DNA of 64,000 nucleotides from the NCBI GenBank assembly GCA_964016885.1, contig OZ024751.1:4712001-4776000 (forward strand). Direction: 5' to 3'. Positions 26,927-40,300 of this stretch are shown in pieces. The notes under the pieces were generated by a model, which saw only the letters and a program-made list of their open reading frames with translations, had not been told where the DNA came from and searched no databases. How positions within the stretch are numbered: position 1 is the first letter of the stretch; each line of letters opens with the position of its first letter. Source of the DNA: Eledone cirrhosa. Taxonomy: Eukaryota. The translations under genes and the position numbers were made by a program.

Positions 26927-28230
26927 TAACATGTATCCCAGTACAACCTGTCTCATGGTCGGGTCGTTGGCGACTAAACTGGCAACCCCATCAAGGTTTC
27001 TTGGTGAGGAGGATGACTTTGGACATCCTGCAGGACTAAAAACAAAACCTGTCAAAGGGCAAAGGAGCTCTTAAGAGTCAATGGCCAGCCAAAATCACCG
27101 GAGAGATGACTCCTTTGTCAAGGCGGAATTCTAGGAGAAGGAAAACTCTGATATAACACCTGCAATCCTGATGGTATCCAATGATGTTGACTTGTTCTTC
27201 TTTTTGGTAAATATCATCTTGGTTAAGAGAGTGGGACTGGCTTTGTGCAGTGCCTTTGCTCACTATAAAAAGTCACACTCGTTCAGCGCATCGGTAGGGG
27301 TTCTCCTACATGGATATAAAGTAGTGGCCGTACTCGAAAACGAGTTGGCAGCCACCATGTGTGTATGTATGTAAATATATATGTATGTATGTAAATATAT
27401 ATGTATGCATGTAAATATATATGTATGTATGTGTGTATGTAAATATATATGTATGTATGTAAATATATATATGTATATATGGGTGTATGTATGTAAAACA
27501 AAACCTGTCAGAGGGCAAAGGAGCTCTTAAGAGTCAATGGCCATCCAAAATCACCGGGAGAGATGACCCCTTAGCCTTTGTCAAGGCAGAATTCTAGGAG
27601 AAGGAAAACTCTGATATAACACCTGCAACCCTGATGGTATCCAATGATGTTGACTTGTTCTTCTTTTTGGTAAATATCATCTTGGTTAAGAGAGTGGGAC
27701 TGGCTTTGTGCAGTGCCTTTGCTCACTATAAAAGCTTCACGGCACAGGCATTGCTTTATATCTGGAGATCTCTCTGCACTTGTCCTCACATGGTACCATG
27801 GGCCCAGCACTATGTGTCAATAATTGTCACAAGTGTAGTGTTTGTACCAGAGTTTTCAAGTCGCTGGCTGGACTAAAAAGTCACACTCGTTCAGCGCATC
27901 GGTAGGGGTTCTCCTACATGGATATAAAGTAGTGGCCGTACTCGAAAACGAGTTGGCAGCCACCATGTATGTAAATATATATGTATGTATGTATGCTTCA
28001 CGGCACAGGCATTGCTTTATATCTGGAGATCTCCCTGCACTTGTCATCACATGGTACCATGGGCCCAGCACTATGTGTCAATAATCGTCACAGGTGTAGT
28101 GTTTGTACCAGAATTTTCAAGTCGCTGGCTGGACTAAAAAGTCACACCCGTTCAGCGCATCGGTAGGGGTTTTCTTACATGGATATAAAGTAGTGGCCGT
28201 ACTTGAAAACGAGTTGGCAGCCACCATGTA
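26927..28230 (+). mobile_element. Internally deleted, non-autonomous RTE-like element in a rearranged tandem, within (TGTA)n
   Basis: The 5'-UTR-like block occurs twice (26927-27270, 27496-27735). The 3' block ending GTACTCGAAAACGAGTTGGCAGCCACCATGT, followed by microsatellite, occurs three times. The C2H2 finger remnant CSVCTRIFKSLAGLKSHTRSAHR* resembles RTE ORF C-termini. Confidence 0.7.
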
Positions 28231-29081
28231 TGTATGTATGTATGTATGTAAATATATATGTATGTGTGTATGTATGTAAATATATATGTATGTATGTGTG
28301 TATGTAAATATATATCTACATATGTATGTGTGTATGTAAATATATATGTATGTGTGTATGTAAATATATATGTATATATGTATGTGTGTATGTAAATATA
28401 TATGTATGTATGTGTGAATGTAAATATATATGTATGTGTGTAAATATATATGTATGTATGTGTGTATGTAAATATATATGTATTATATGAGTGTAAATAT
28501 ATATGTATGTATGTATGTAAATATATATGTATGTATGTGTGTAAATATATATGTATGTATGTGTGTATGTAAATATATATGTATGTGTGTATGTAAATAT
28601 ATATATATATATATGTGTAAATATATGTCTGTATGTGTGTAAATAAATATGTATGTATGTGTGTAAATGTATATGTATGTGTGTAAATATATATGTATAT
28701 GTAAATATATATATATATATGTAAATATATATGTATATATGTGTGTCTGTGTCTCTGTGTGTGATGAATGTGTGTGTCTGTGCGTGATGTATGTGTGTGT
28801 TTGTGTGTGCATAAAACCAACAATGTTAGGGAAGGAGAAGAAGTGGGTTACAAGACCCAAGTATTTTACTGGTACTATATACACGACCGATTCTGAAGAT
28901 TTACCCCCCACCACGGCTAAAAGTACAAAAGAAAACAAAAACAAGCCAGTAAATAAAAATAATAAAAAAAACAAATATTTTTCAATCTAGAAAAAGAAAA
29001 AAAAAACGACAATGAGGCAAGAATTTATGACTGACCTGTTGATATATATCTCAGCTAAGTGGTGTTGTATAGCGACACATA

Positions 29082-29867
<786 letters not shown>

Positions 29868-29954
29868 AAAGGTAAACAGAAATAACAACACAATCAGTAC
29901 AGTATATGGAATTTGCGTTACGTTTCGCTTTTTCTACCCCGCTGAATTTATATA

Positions 29955-30000
<46 letters not shown>

Positions 30001-30001
30001 A

Positions 30002-30051
<50 letters not shown>

Positions 30052-30376
30052 GAAAAGTCACCCAGCTAAGTGTGTTAAAGCAAGTATGACACACATGCAT
30101 ACATATATATATATATATGTATATGTATATATATATACACATATATGTGTGTGTGTGTGTATATGTATGTATGTAAATACGTATGTATGTAAATATGTAT
30201 ATATGTATGTATGTAAATATGTATGTAAATATGTATGTAAATATGTATGTGTCACTTATAGTTGAGGTAGCAATGAAGAATTAGGTGAGAAATCCACTTG
30301 CTTGAATCAGGGTACAGCGGCAATTATCAATAAGACAAAATCGATTCCAGCGCATCATGATATATCGATAAAGACT

Positions 30377-31030
30377 CGGGTAGATGTGAGTGGCAAATAT
30401 CTGCTGTAGAACGGGGTAGACGACCTGCTTCTTTCGAGATACGGGTAGATGTGAGTGGCAAATATCTGCTGTAGAACGGGGTAGACGTTCCTGCTTCTTT
30501 CGAGATACGGGTAGATGTGAGTGGCAAATATCTGTTGTTGAACGGGGTAGACGACCTGCTTCTTTCGAGATACAGGTAGATGTGAGTGGCAAATATCTGT
30601 TGTAGAACGGGGTAGACGTACCTGCTTCTTTCGAGATACGGGTAGATGTGAGTGGCAAATATCTGCTGTAGAACGGGGTAGACGTACCTGCTTCTTTCGA
30701 GATACGGGTAGATGTGAGTGGCAAATATCTGTTGTAGAACGGGGTAGACGTACCTGCTTCTTTCGAGATACGGGTAGATGTGAGTGGCAAATATCTGTTG
30801 TAGAACGGGGTAGACGTACCTGCTTCTTTCGAGATACGGGTAGATGTGAGTGGCAAATATCTGCTGTAGAACGGGGTAGACGTACCTGCTTCTTTCGAGA
30901 TACGGGTAGATGTGAGTGGCAAATATCTGTTGTAGAACGGGGTAGACGTACCTGCTTCTTTCGAGATACAGGTAGATGTGAGTGGCAAATATCTGCTGTA
31001 GAACGGGGTAGACGTACCTGCTTCTTTCGA
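30377..31030. repeat. 66-bp minisatellite, about 10 copies
   Basis: Unit GATACGGGTAGATGTGAGTGGCAAATATCTGYTGTAGAACGGGGTAGACGTACCTGCTTCTTTCGA; two units are 65 bp. Confidence 0.97.
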
Positions 31031-31552
31031 CGTTTCTGCATTTTCACCTCTGTTCTTCTGTTGGGCTTTGTTTAGTGTGTGAGTGTGTGGTTGTGTATGT
31101 GTGGGTGTTGTGTGTGTGGTTGTGTGTGTGGTTGTGTGTGTGTGGGTGTTTTGTGTGTGGTTGTGTGTGTGGTTGTGTATGTGTGGGTGTTGTGTGTGTG
31201 GCTGTGTGTGTGGTTGTGTGTGTGTGGTTGTGTGTGTGTGGTGGTTGTGTGTGTGTGTGTGTGTGTGTGGTGGTTGTGTGTGTGTGTGGTTGTGTGTGTG
31301 TGTATGTGGGGTGTTGTGTGTGTATGGAGGTGTTGTGTGTATTTAAGTGTGTATGTGTGTGATGTGTGTTCAAGTGTGAGTTTGTGTATGTGGCGTGTGT
31401 ATTTGTGTGAATATGTATGCCTGTCTTTGTGTATGTGTCTATAAGTTACGCACTAATTTGCTTGTATGTAAGTATATCTGTGTATGTATGTATGTATGTA
31501 TGTATGTATGTATATGTATGTATGTATGTATATATGTATGTATGTATGTATG

Positions 31553-31589
<37 letters not shown>

Positions 31590-32004
31590 GTATATCTGTG
31601 TATGTATGTCTGTGTGTATGTGTCTGTGTGTGTCTCTGTGTGTGTCTCTGTGTGTGTGTCTCTGTATGTCTGTGTGTGTGTGTCTGTGTGTCTGTGTCTG
31701 TGTGTGTCTCTGTGTGTGTGCCTGTGTGTGTGTCTGTGTCTGTGTGTGCCTGTGTGTGTCTCTGTATGTCTGTGTGTGTCTCTGTGTGTGTGTCTCTGTG
31801 TGTGTCTCTGTGTGTGTGTGTCTGTGTGTGTCTGTGTGTGTGTGTCTCTGTATGTCTGTGTGTGTCTCTGTATGTCTGTGTGTGTGTGTGAGTTACGTGC
31901 TACTTTACTGGAATATGAGTATAAATATATCTCAGTATATTTGTGTTTGATATGCCTCTTCCTACATGTGTGTATGTGTTTGTATATATATGTGTATGTG
32001 TGTG

Positions 32005-34245
32005 TTAGTATATATATATGTATGTGTGTGTCAGTATATATATATATGTGTGTGTGTGTGTCAGTATATACATGTGTGTGTGTGTCAGTATATATATGTG
32101 TGTGTGTGTTAGTATATATATGTGTGTCAGTATATATATGTGTGTTTGTGTCAGTATATACATGTGTGTGTGTGTCAGTATATACATGTGTGTGTGTGTC
32201 AGTATATATATGTGTGTGTGTGTTTCTATATATATGTGTGTGTGTCAGTATATATGTGTGTGTGTCAGTATATATGCGTGTGTTTGTGTCAGTATATATA
32301 TGTGTGTGTCAGTATATATATGTGTGTGAGTGTCAGTATATATATGTGTGTGTGTGTGTCAGTATATATATGTGTGTGTGTGTCAGTATATATGTGTGTG
32401 TGTCAGTATATATATGTGTGTGTCAGTATATATATGTGTGTCAGTATATATATGTGTGTGTGTGTCAGTATATATATGTGTGTGTGTGTGTCAGTATATA
32501 TATGTGTGTGTGTCAGTATATATATGTGTGTGTGTGTCAGTATATATATGTGTGTGTGTCAGTATATATATGTGTGCGTGTGCCAGTATATATATGTGTG
32601 TCAGTATATATGTGTGTTTGTGTCAGTATATGTGTGTCAGTATATATATGTGTGTGTGTCAGTATATATATGTGTGCGTGTGTCAGTATATATATGTGTG
32701 TGTCAATATATATGTGTGTTTGTGTCAGTATATATATATGTGTGTGTCAGTATATATGTGTGTGTGTCAGTATATATATGTGTGTGTGTGCCAGTATATA
32801 TATGTGTGTCAGTATATATATGTGTGTGTGTCAGTATATATATGTGTGTGTGTGTCAGTATATATATGTGTGTGTGTGTGTCAGTATATATGTGTGTGTG
32901 TCAGTATATATATGTGTGTCAGTATATATATGTGTGTGTCAGTATATATATGTGTGTCAGTATATATATGTGTGTGTGTGTCAGTATATATATGTGTGTG
33001 TGTGTGTCAGTATATATATATGTGTGTGTCAGTATATATGTGTGTGTGTGTCAGTATATATGTGTGTGTCAGTATATATGTGTGTGTGTGTCAGAATATA
33101 TATATATGTGTGTGTGTCAGTATATATGTGTGTGTGTGTCAGTATATATGTGTGTGTGTCAGTATATATATGTGTGTGTGTCAGTATATATATGTGTGTG
33201 TGTGTGTCAGTATATATATGTGTGTGTGTCAGTATATATATGTGTGTGTCAGTATATATATATGTGTGTGTGTGTCAGTATATATATATGTGTGTGTGTC
33301 AGTATATATATGTGTGTCAGTATATATATGTGTGTGTGTGTCAGTATATATATGTGTGTGTCAGTATATATATGTGTGTGTGTCAGTATATATATATGTG
33401 TGTGTGTGTCAGTATATATATGTGTGTGTGTCAGTATATATATGTGTGTGTGTGTGTCAGTATATATATATGTGTGTGTGTGTCAGTATATATATGTGTG
33501 TGTGTCAGTATATATATATGTGTGTGTGTCAGTATATATATGTGTGTCAGTATATATATGTGTGTGTGTGTCAGTATATATATGTGTGTGTCAGTATATA
33601 TATGTGTGTGTCAGTATATATATGTGTGTGTCAGTATATATGTGTGTGTGTGTCAGAATATATATGTGTGTGTGTGTGCCAGTATATATATGTGTGTGTG
33701 TGTCAGTATATATATGTGTGTGTGTCAGTATATATGTGTGTGTGTGTCAGTATATATGTGTGTGTGTGTCAGTATATATGTGTGTGTGTGTCAGTATATA
33801 TATGTGTGTGTGTCAGTATATATATGTGTGTGTGTCAGTATATATATGTGTGTGTGTGTCAGTATATATGTGTGTGTGTGTCAGTATATGTGTGTGTGTG
33901 TGTCAGTATATGTGTGTGTGTGTGTGTCAGTATATATGTGTGTGTGTGTCAGTATATATATGTGTGTGTCAGTATATATATGTGTGTGTGTGTCAGTATA
34001 TATGTGTGTGTGTGTCAGTATATATATGTGTGTGTGTGTGTCAGTATATATGTGTGTCAGTATATATATGTGTGTGTGTGTGTCAGTATATATATGTGTG
34101 TGTGTGTCAGTATATATATGTGTGTGTGTGCCAGTATATATATGTGTGTGTCAGTATATATGTGTGTGTGTGTCAGTATATATATGTGTGTGTGTGTCAG
34201 TATATATATGTGTGTGTGTCAGAATATATATGTGTGCGTGTGTGT
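32005..34245. repeat. Compound minisatellite TCAG(TA)n(TG)n
   Basis: Directly visible. Confidence 0.95.
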
Positions 34246-34305
34246 AGCCCACATGTTGAAAGATTCGAGCAAAAGGTATGAGACTGTTATGTTGATACTT
34301 AAAAG

Positions 34306-34640
34306 ATCTCTCTCCTCCTCCTGTAAATCTCTCCCTCTCTCTCCTCCTCCTGTAAATCTCTCCCTCTCTCTCCTCCTCCTGTAAATCTCTCCCTCTCTCT
34401 CCTCCTCCTGTAAATCTCTCCCCTTCTCTCCCTCCCCCTCTCTTCCTGTAAATCTCTCACTCTCACTCTCTTCCTGTAAATCTCTCCCTCTCCCTCTCTT
34501 CCTGTAAATCTCTCACTCTCTCTCTTCCTGTAAATCTCTCACTCTCTCTCTCCTCCCCCTCTCTTCCTGTAAATCTCTCCCCCTCTCTCTCCTCCCCCTC
34601 TCTTCCTATAAATCTCTCTCTCTCTCCTGTTAATCTCTAA
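34306..34640. repeat. CT-rich minisatellite CCTGTAAATCTCTC...
   Basis: Directly visible ~22-35-bp units. Confidence 0.9.
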
Positions 34641-35068
34641 TGCTTTTCCTCTCACCCCCTTCACCCTTATCCCCCCACTCCCTCTTCACCCTTCTTTTCC
34701 TCTAAATCTCTCCGTTTTTCCCTCCAAGCTTCTAAATCCCTCCTTCTTAATATTTCCCCTCCCTCTCAATCTCTCACTCTTTTCCCTCTCTCTCAATCTA
34801 TCACTCTCTCTCCCCCTCTCGATATCTCCACCCTCCCTTAATTTAGTCTCTTCTCACCTTTTCTCTTCTCTCTATTTCTCTGTAACTCTATCTATCTATC
34901 TATCTATCTATTTATCTATCTATCTATCTACTTATACTTGTCTTTCTATCTATATTTCTTTCTCTCCCTGTCGCTTTCTTACACTCTACCACTCTATCTA
35001 ATTCTCTCTATATATGTCTTCACCTCTACTATGCAGCCAATAGTATCTGTTTACCATTCTATCTATTT

Positions 35069-35306
35069 CGATGGCCCAAGTGGTTGGGCCTTCTCTCTAT
35101 ATAAGCCTGTAGGTTGGGGAAAAAGAGGAAGAGAGGAAGGGAGTTCTCACTCTTCGTGCTCCTGGAGATGAGGGTTGTACATTTTTTCGGGGTGTGTATA
35201 ACCCCTGTGTAACGCCTCCCCCCTATTGGGGATTTCAAATACCTGTATGTAAACTCCCCATTAGTATTTGTCCCCTTCTTTTGTGCCCTTGTGGCTAATA
35301 AAGAAA
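35069..35306 (+). mobile_element. 3' end of an L1/Tx1-like element
   Basis: Encodes MAQVVGPSLYISL* (compare MARVNGPTLSMCL* at 5887). Shares CCCCCTATTGGGGA and CCCTTGTGG.TAATAAAGAAA with the 3' UTR at 5890-6140. Confidence 0.8.
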
Positions 35307-35472
35307 TTTATCTATTTCTTCTCTCTAACTGCCTACTTAACTAACCATTTACTTTTTCTCTCTATCTACGTATTAGTTAATCTATCAATGTATGCCTGTC
35401 TCTCTCTTCCTCCGTTGTCATTCTTTCTTTCTCTCTCTTTCTCCGAGAGTCTTAGTATGTCTCTCTCACTCC

Positions 35473-35504
<32 letters not shown>

Positions 35505-36604
35505 GAGGGGAGGGGAGGGGAGGGCGTATGTCTCTCTCTCCTTCTGCATGTCTCTGTGTGTGTATGTGTGTGTGTCTGTATATACGTGTGTGTGTTTGCG
35601 TGTGTATAAGCGTTTGAGTCTGTGTATGTCTGTATGTGTGTGTGTGTGTATGTGTGTCTGTCTGTACGCGTGTGTGTGTGTGTGTAGGTCTGTATGTGAG
35701 TGCGCGTGTGTATATGTGTGTCTGTCTGTACGTGTGTGTGTGTGTCTTTCTGTACGTATGTGTGTGTGTCTATGCGTGTGTATATGTGAAACAGTGTAGA
35801 CGAGGAAATATCTGTCAGTCGTGTTTCCTTCCACCTTTATCGTCTGCTAAAAAAAATTCGAGTTATGTCAGTGTCGACTGGCGACCTTTCAGACAGTATT
35901 AACAACTCTCTTCCAGCCAACCAATCACTCACTCAATCAATCGATCAATCAATCATCAACCAGCCAGTCAATCGATCAGTCAGTCGATCAAATTGACGAG
36001 ACTTAGAAGCCAATTAGTCAAGCAAATATCGATGATTATAACTTCTATACAAATATATTTTATCAAATATTTGCCAGCTATCCATCCGAATAAGATATAT
36101 ATATATTGTTGAAATATTTTTCATTCACTTCTAGAGTTGATATTTTCTTTCATGGCACGTTTTGTGTCGGCTGCTGTCGAAAAGTAGTCTTTGCTGCGTT
36201 ATGTCGTCTGTATCTGTAAACTCAATAACTCAATTGCCGTGAGATGTGTTGTAATGATAATAATAATGATGATAATAATGATGATGATGTTGATAATGAT
36301 GATGATGATAATAATAATGATTTCTTTATTAGCCACAATAGCAATACATAAACGAATGGAGATGGAAAAAAAAACGAATGAGAAGAATACGAATGAGAAT
36401 AGAGAGAGGGGGGGGGGGATAGAGAGTATAGAAAAAAGAGAGAAGGAGAGAAAGAGATGAGTGAGAGAGAAAAGAGAGAGATAAGAGAAAGAGAAAGAAA
36501 GAGAGAGAGAGAAGAGCGAGAGAGAAAAGAGAGAAAATAAAGAGAAGAGATATATATCTTTCTTTATTATAGATAACTTTCTTTTTAAAGACTACTTTTC
36601 GACT

Positions 36605-36960
36605 GCGGTGTAGCACCTCTCTCTCCATTCTCACCTTCCTTCTGAAGTGGTACTTAAAGAAGGGGATAAGTTGTTGTCCGGAGAGGAAGGTGTTTGCCCT
36701 CAGTCCTTTTAACCTCGTCCACCATATTACCTCTTTCGCCATAGCCACCAGACAGAGGAAGACCACCTCTTCTTCCTTCTTAAATAAAGGCGGCGGGGTG
36801 ATCCTCACGATGGACTCGGCTGACAACTGGATGTGTCCTACACGTGACAGCAGCTGTTCGACATAATTCCACAGGTCGGTCAGCCCTGGGCAATTGCGTG
36901 TAGAATGGTTTCGATGTCCTGCTCGCATATTGGACAGGTCCTTTTGGCATGATCTATGCC
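36605..36960 (-). pseudogene. L1/Tx1 ORF2 C-terminal fragment
   Basis: [31 protein letters not shown]...CLVAMAKEVIWWTRLKGL...KVRMEREVL is closely similar to the end of 4730..5887. Confidence 0.92.
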
Positions 36961-37329
36961 AGGGTGTCCGTGCTTGTAGATTTTGGAGGGGTGGATGGAA
37001 GGGGAGGATGCAGGGGTGATGGAGGGGTGGGTGGAGGGGTGGATGGAGGGGTGGACGGAGGGGTGGACGGAACGGTGAATGTAGGGGTGGACGGAGGGGT
37101 GGATGGAGGGGTGGATGTAGAGGTGGGTGGAAGGGTGGATAGAGTGGTGGATTGATGGAGGGGTGGGGGCTAGATTGGGAGGATGAGTGGAGGTAGATAG
37201 ACACACAGACAGATAGATAGACAGACACACATATTTATATATATATATATAGAGAGAGATACAGATAGATATACAGATAGCCAGAGGGGAGAGATGAGCT
37301 GAAAGATGACAAAGCTACAGACAATGAAA

Positions 37330-40300
37330 CGAGAGAGAGAGTAGGAGAGAGAGAGAATGTATGAGAGAGAGAATGTGAGAGAATGTAAGAGAAGAGAGTG
37401 GGAGAGAGAGAGAGTGGGAGAGAGAGAGAGTGGGAGAGAGAGAGAGAATGTAAGAGGAGAGAGTGGGAGAGAGAGAGTGGGAGAGAGAGAGAATGTAAGA
37501 GAGAGAGAATGTAAGAGGAGAGAGTGGGAGAGAGAGAGAGTGGGAGAGAAAGAGAATGTAAGAGAGAGAGAATGTAAGAGAAGAGAGTGGGAGACAGAAA
37601 GAATGTAAGAGAGAGAGAATGTAAGAGAAGTGAGTGGGAGAGAGAGAGACTGTAAGAGAGAGAGAATGTAAGAGAGAGAGAATTTAAGAGAAGAGAGTGG
37701 GAGAGAGAGAGAGAATATAAGAGAGAGAGAATGTAGGAGAAGAGAGTGGGAGAGAGAGAATGTAAGAGAAGAGAGTGCGAGAGAGAGAATATAAGAGAAG
37801 AGAGTGGGAGAGAGAGAGAATGTAAGAGAAGAGAGTGGGAGAGAGAGAGAATGTAAGAGGAGAGAGTTGGAGAGAGAGAGTGGGAGAGAGAGAGAATGTA
37901 AGAGAGAGAGAATGTAAGAGGAGAGAGTGGGAGAGAGAGAGAGTGGGAGAGAGAATGTAAGAGAGAGAGAGAGGATGTAACAGAAGAGAGTGGGAGAGAG
38001 AAAGAATGTTAGAGAAGAGAGTGGGAGAGAGAGAGAATGTAGGAGAGAGAGAGAGTGCGAGAGAGAGAGAATGTAAGAGAGAGAGAATGTAAGAGAAGAG
38101 AGTGGGAGAGAGAGAGAATGTAAGAGAAGAGAGTGGGAGAGAGATAGAATGTAAGAGAGAGAGAGTGCGAGAGAGAGAGAGAATGTAAGAGAGAGAGAGA
38201 ATGTAAGAGAAGAGAGTGGGAGAGAAAGAGAATGTAAGAGAGAGAGAGAATGTAAGAGAGAGAGAGAATGTAAGAGCGAGAGAGAATGTAAGAGAAGAGA
38301 GTGGGAGAGAGAGAGAATGTTAGAGAAAAGAATGTAAGAGAGAAAGAATGTAAGAGAAGAGAGTGGGAAAGAGAGAGAATGTAAGAGAGAGAGAATTTAA
38401 GAGAAGAGAGTGGGAGAGAGAGAGAATGTAAGAGAAGACAGTGGGAGAGAGAATGTAAGAGAGAGAGAGAATGCAAGTGCAAGAGAAGAGAGTGCGAGAG
38501 AGAGAGAGAATGTAAGAGAGAGAGAATGCAACAGAAGAGAGTGGGAGAGAGAGAGAATGTAAGAGAAGAGAGTGGGAGAGAGAGAGAATGTAAGAGAGAG
38601 AGAATGTAAGAGAAGAGAGTGGGAGAGAGAGAATGTAAGAGAAGAGAGTGGGAGAGAGAGAATGTAAAAAGAGAGAATGTAAGCGAAGAGAGTGGGAGAG
38701 AGAGAGAATGTAAGAGAAGAGAGTGGGAGGGAGAGTGAATGTAAGAGAAGAGAGTGGGAGAGAGAGAGAATGTAAGAAAGAGAAAATGTAAGAGAAGAAA
38801 GTGGGAGAGAGAGAGAATGTAAGAGAGAGAGAATGAAAGAGAAGAGAGTGGGGGTGAGAGAGAATGTCAGAGAAGAGAGTGGGAGAGAGAGAGCATGTAA
38901 GAGAAGAGAGTGGGAGAGAGAGAGAATGTAAGAGAGAGAGAATGTAAGAGGATAGAGTGGGAGAGAGAGAGAGTGGGAGAGAGAGAGAATGTAAGAGAAG
39001 AGAGTGGGAGAGAGAGAGAATGTAAGAGAGAGAGGATTTAAGAGAAGAGAGTGGGAGAGAGAGAGAGAATATAAGAGAGAGATAATGTAGGAGAAGAGAG
39101 TGGGAGAGAGAGAATATAAGAGAAGAGAGTGCGAGAGAGAGAATATAAGAGAAGAGAGTGGGAGAGAGAGAGAATGTAAGAGAAGAGAGTGGGAGAGAGA
39201 GAGAATGTAAGAGGAGAGAGTTGGAGAGAGAGAGTGGGAGAGAGAGAGAATGTAAGAGAGAGAGAATGTAAGAGGAGAGAGTGGGAGAGAGAGAGAGTGG
39301 GAGAGAGAATGTAAGAGAGAGAGAGTGGATGTAAGAGAAGAGAGTGGGAGAGAGAAAGAATGTTAGAGAAGAGAGTGGGAGAGAGAGAGAATGTAGGAGA
39401 GAGAGAGTGCGAGAGAGAGAATGTAAGAGAGAGAGAATGTAAGAGAAGAGAGTGGGAGAGAGAGAGAATGTAAGAGAAGAGAGTGGGAGAGAGAGAGAAT
39501 GTAAGAGAGAGAGAGTGCGAGAGACAGAGAGAATGTAAGAGAGAGAGAGAATGTAAGAGAAGAGAGTGGGAGAGAAAGAGAATGTAAGAGAGAGAGAGAA
39601 TGTAAGAGAGAGAGAGAATGTAAGAGAGAGAGAGAATGTAAGAGAAGAGAGTGGGAGAGAGAGAGAATGTTAGAGAAGAGAATGTAAGAGAGAAAGAATG
39701 TAAGAGAAGAGAGTGGGAAAGAGAGAGAATGTAAGAGAGAGAGAATTTAAGAGAAGAGAGTGGGAGAGAGAGAGAGAATGTAAGAGAAGACAGTGGGAGA
39801 GAGAATGTAAGAGAGAGAGAATGCAAGTGCAAGAGAAGAGAGTGCGAGAGAGAGAGAGAATGTAAGAGAGAGAGAATGCAAGAGAAGAGAGTGGGAGAGA
39901 GAGAGAGAATGTAAGAGAAGAGAGTGGGAGAGAGAGAGAATGTAAGAGAGAGAGAATGTAAGAGAAGAGAGTGGGAGAGAGAGAATGTAAGAGAAGAGAG
40001 TGGGAGAGAGAGAGAATGTAAGAGAGAGAAAATGTAAGAGAAGAGAGTTGGAGAGAGAGAATGTAAAAAGAGAGAATGTAAGCGAAGAGAGTGGGAGAGA
40101 GAGAGAATGTAAGAGAAGAGAGTGGGAGGGAGAGTGAATGTAAGAGAAGAGAGTGGGAGAGAGAGAGAATGTAAGAAAGAGAAAATGTAAGAGAAGAAAG
40201 TGGGAGAGAGAGAGAATGTAAGAGAGAGAGAATGAAAGAGAAGAGAGTGGGGGTGAGAGAGAATGTCAGAGAAGAGAGTGGGAGAGAGAGAGCATGTAAG

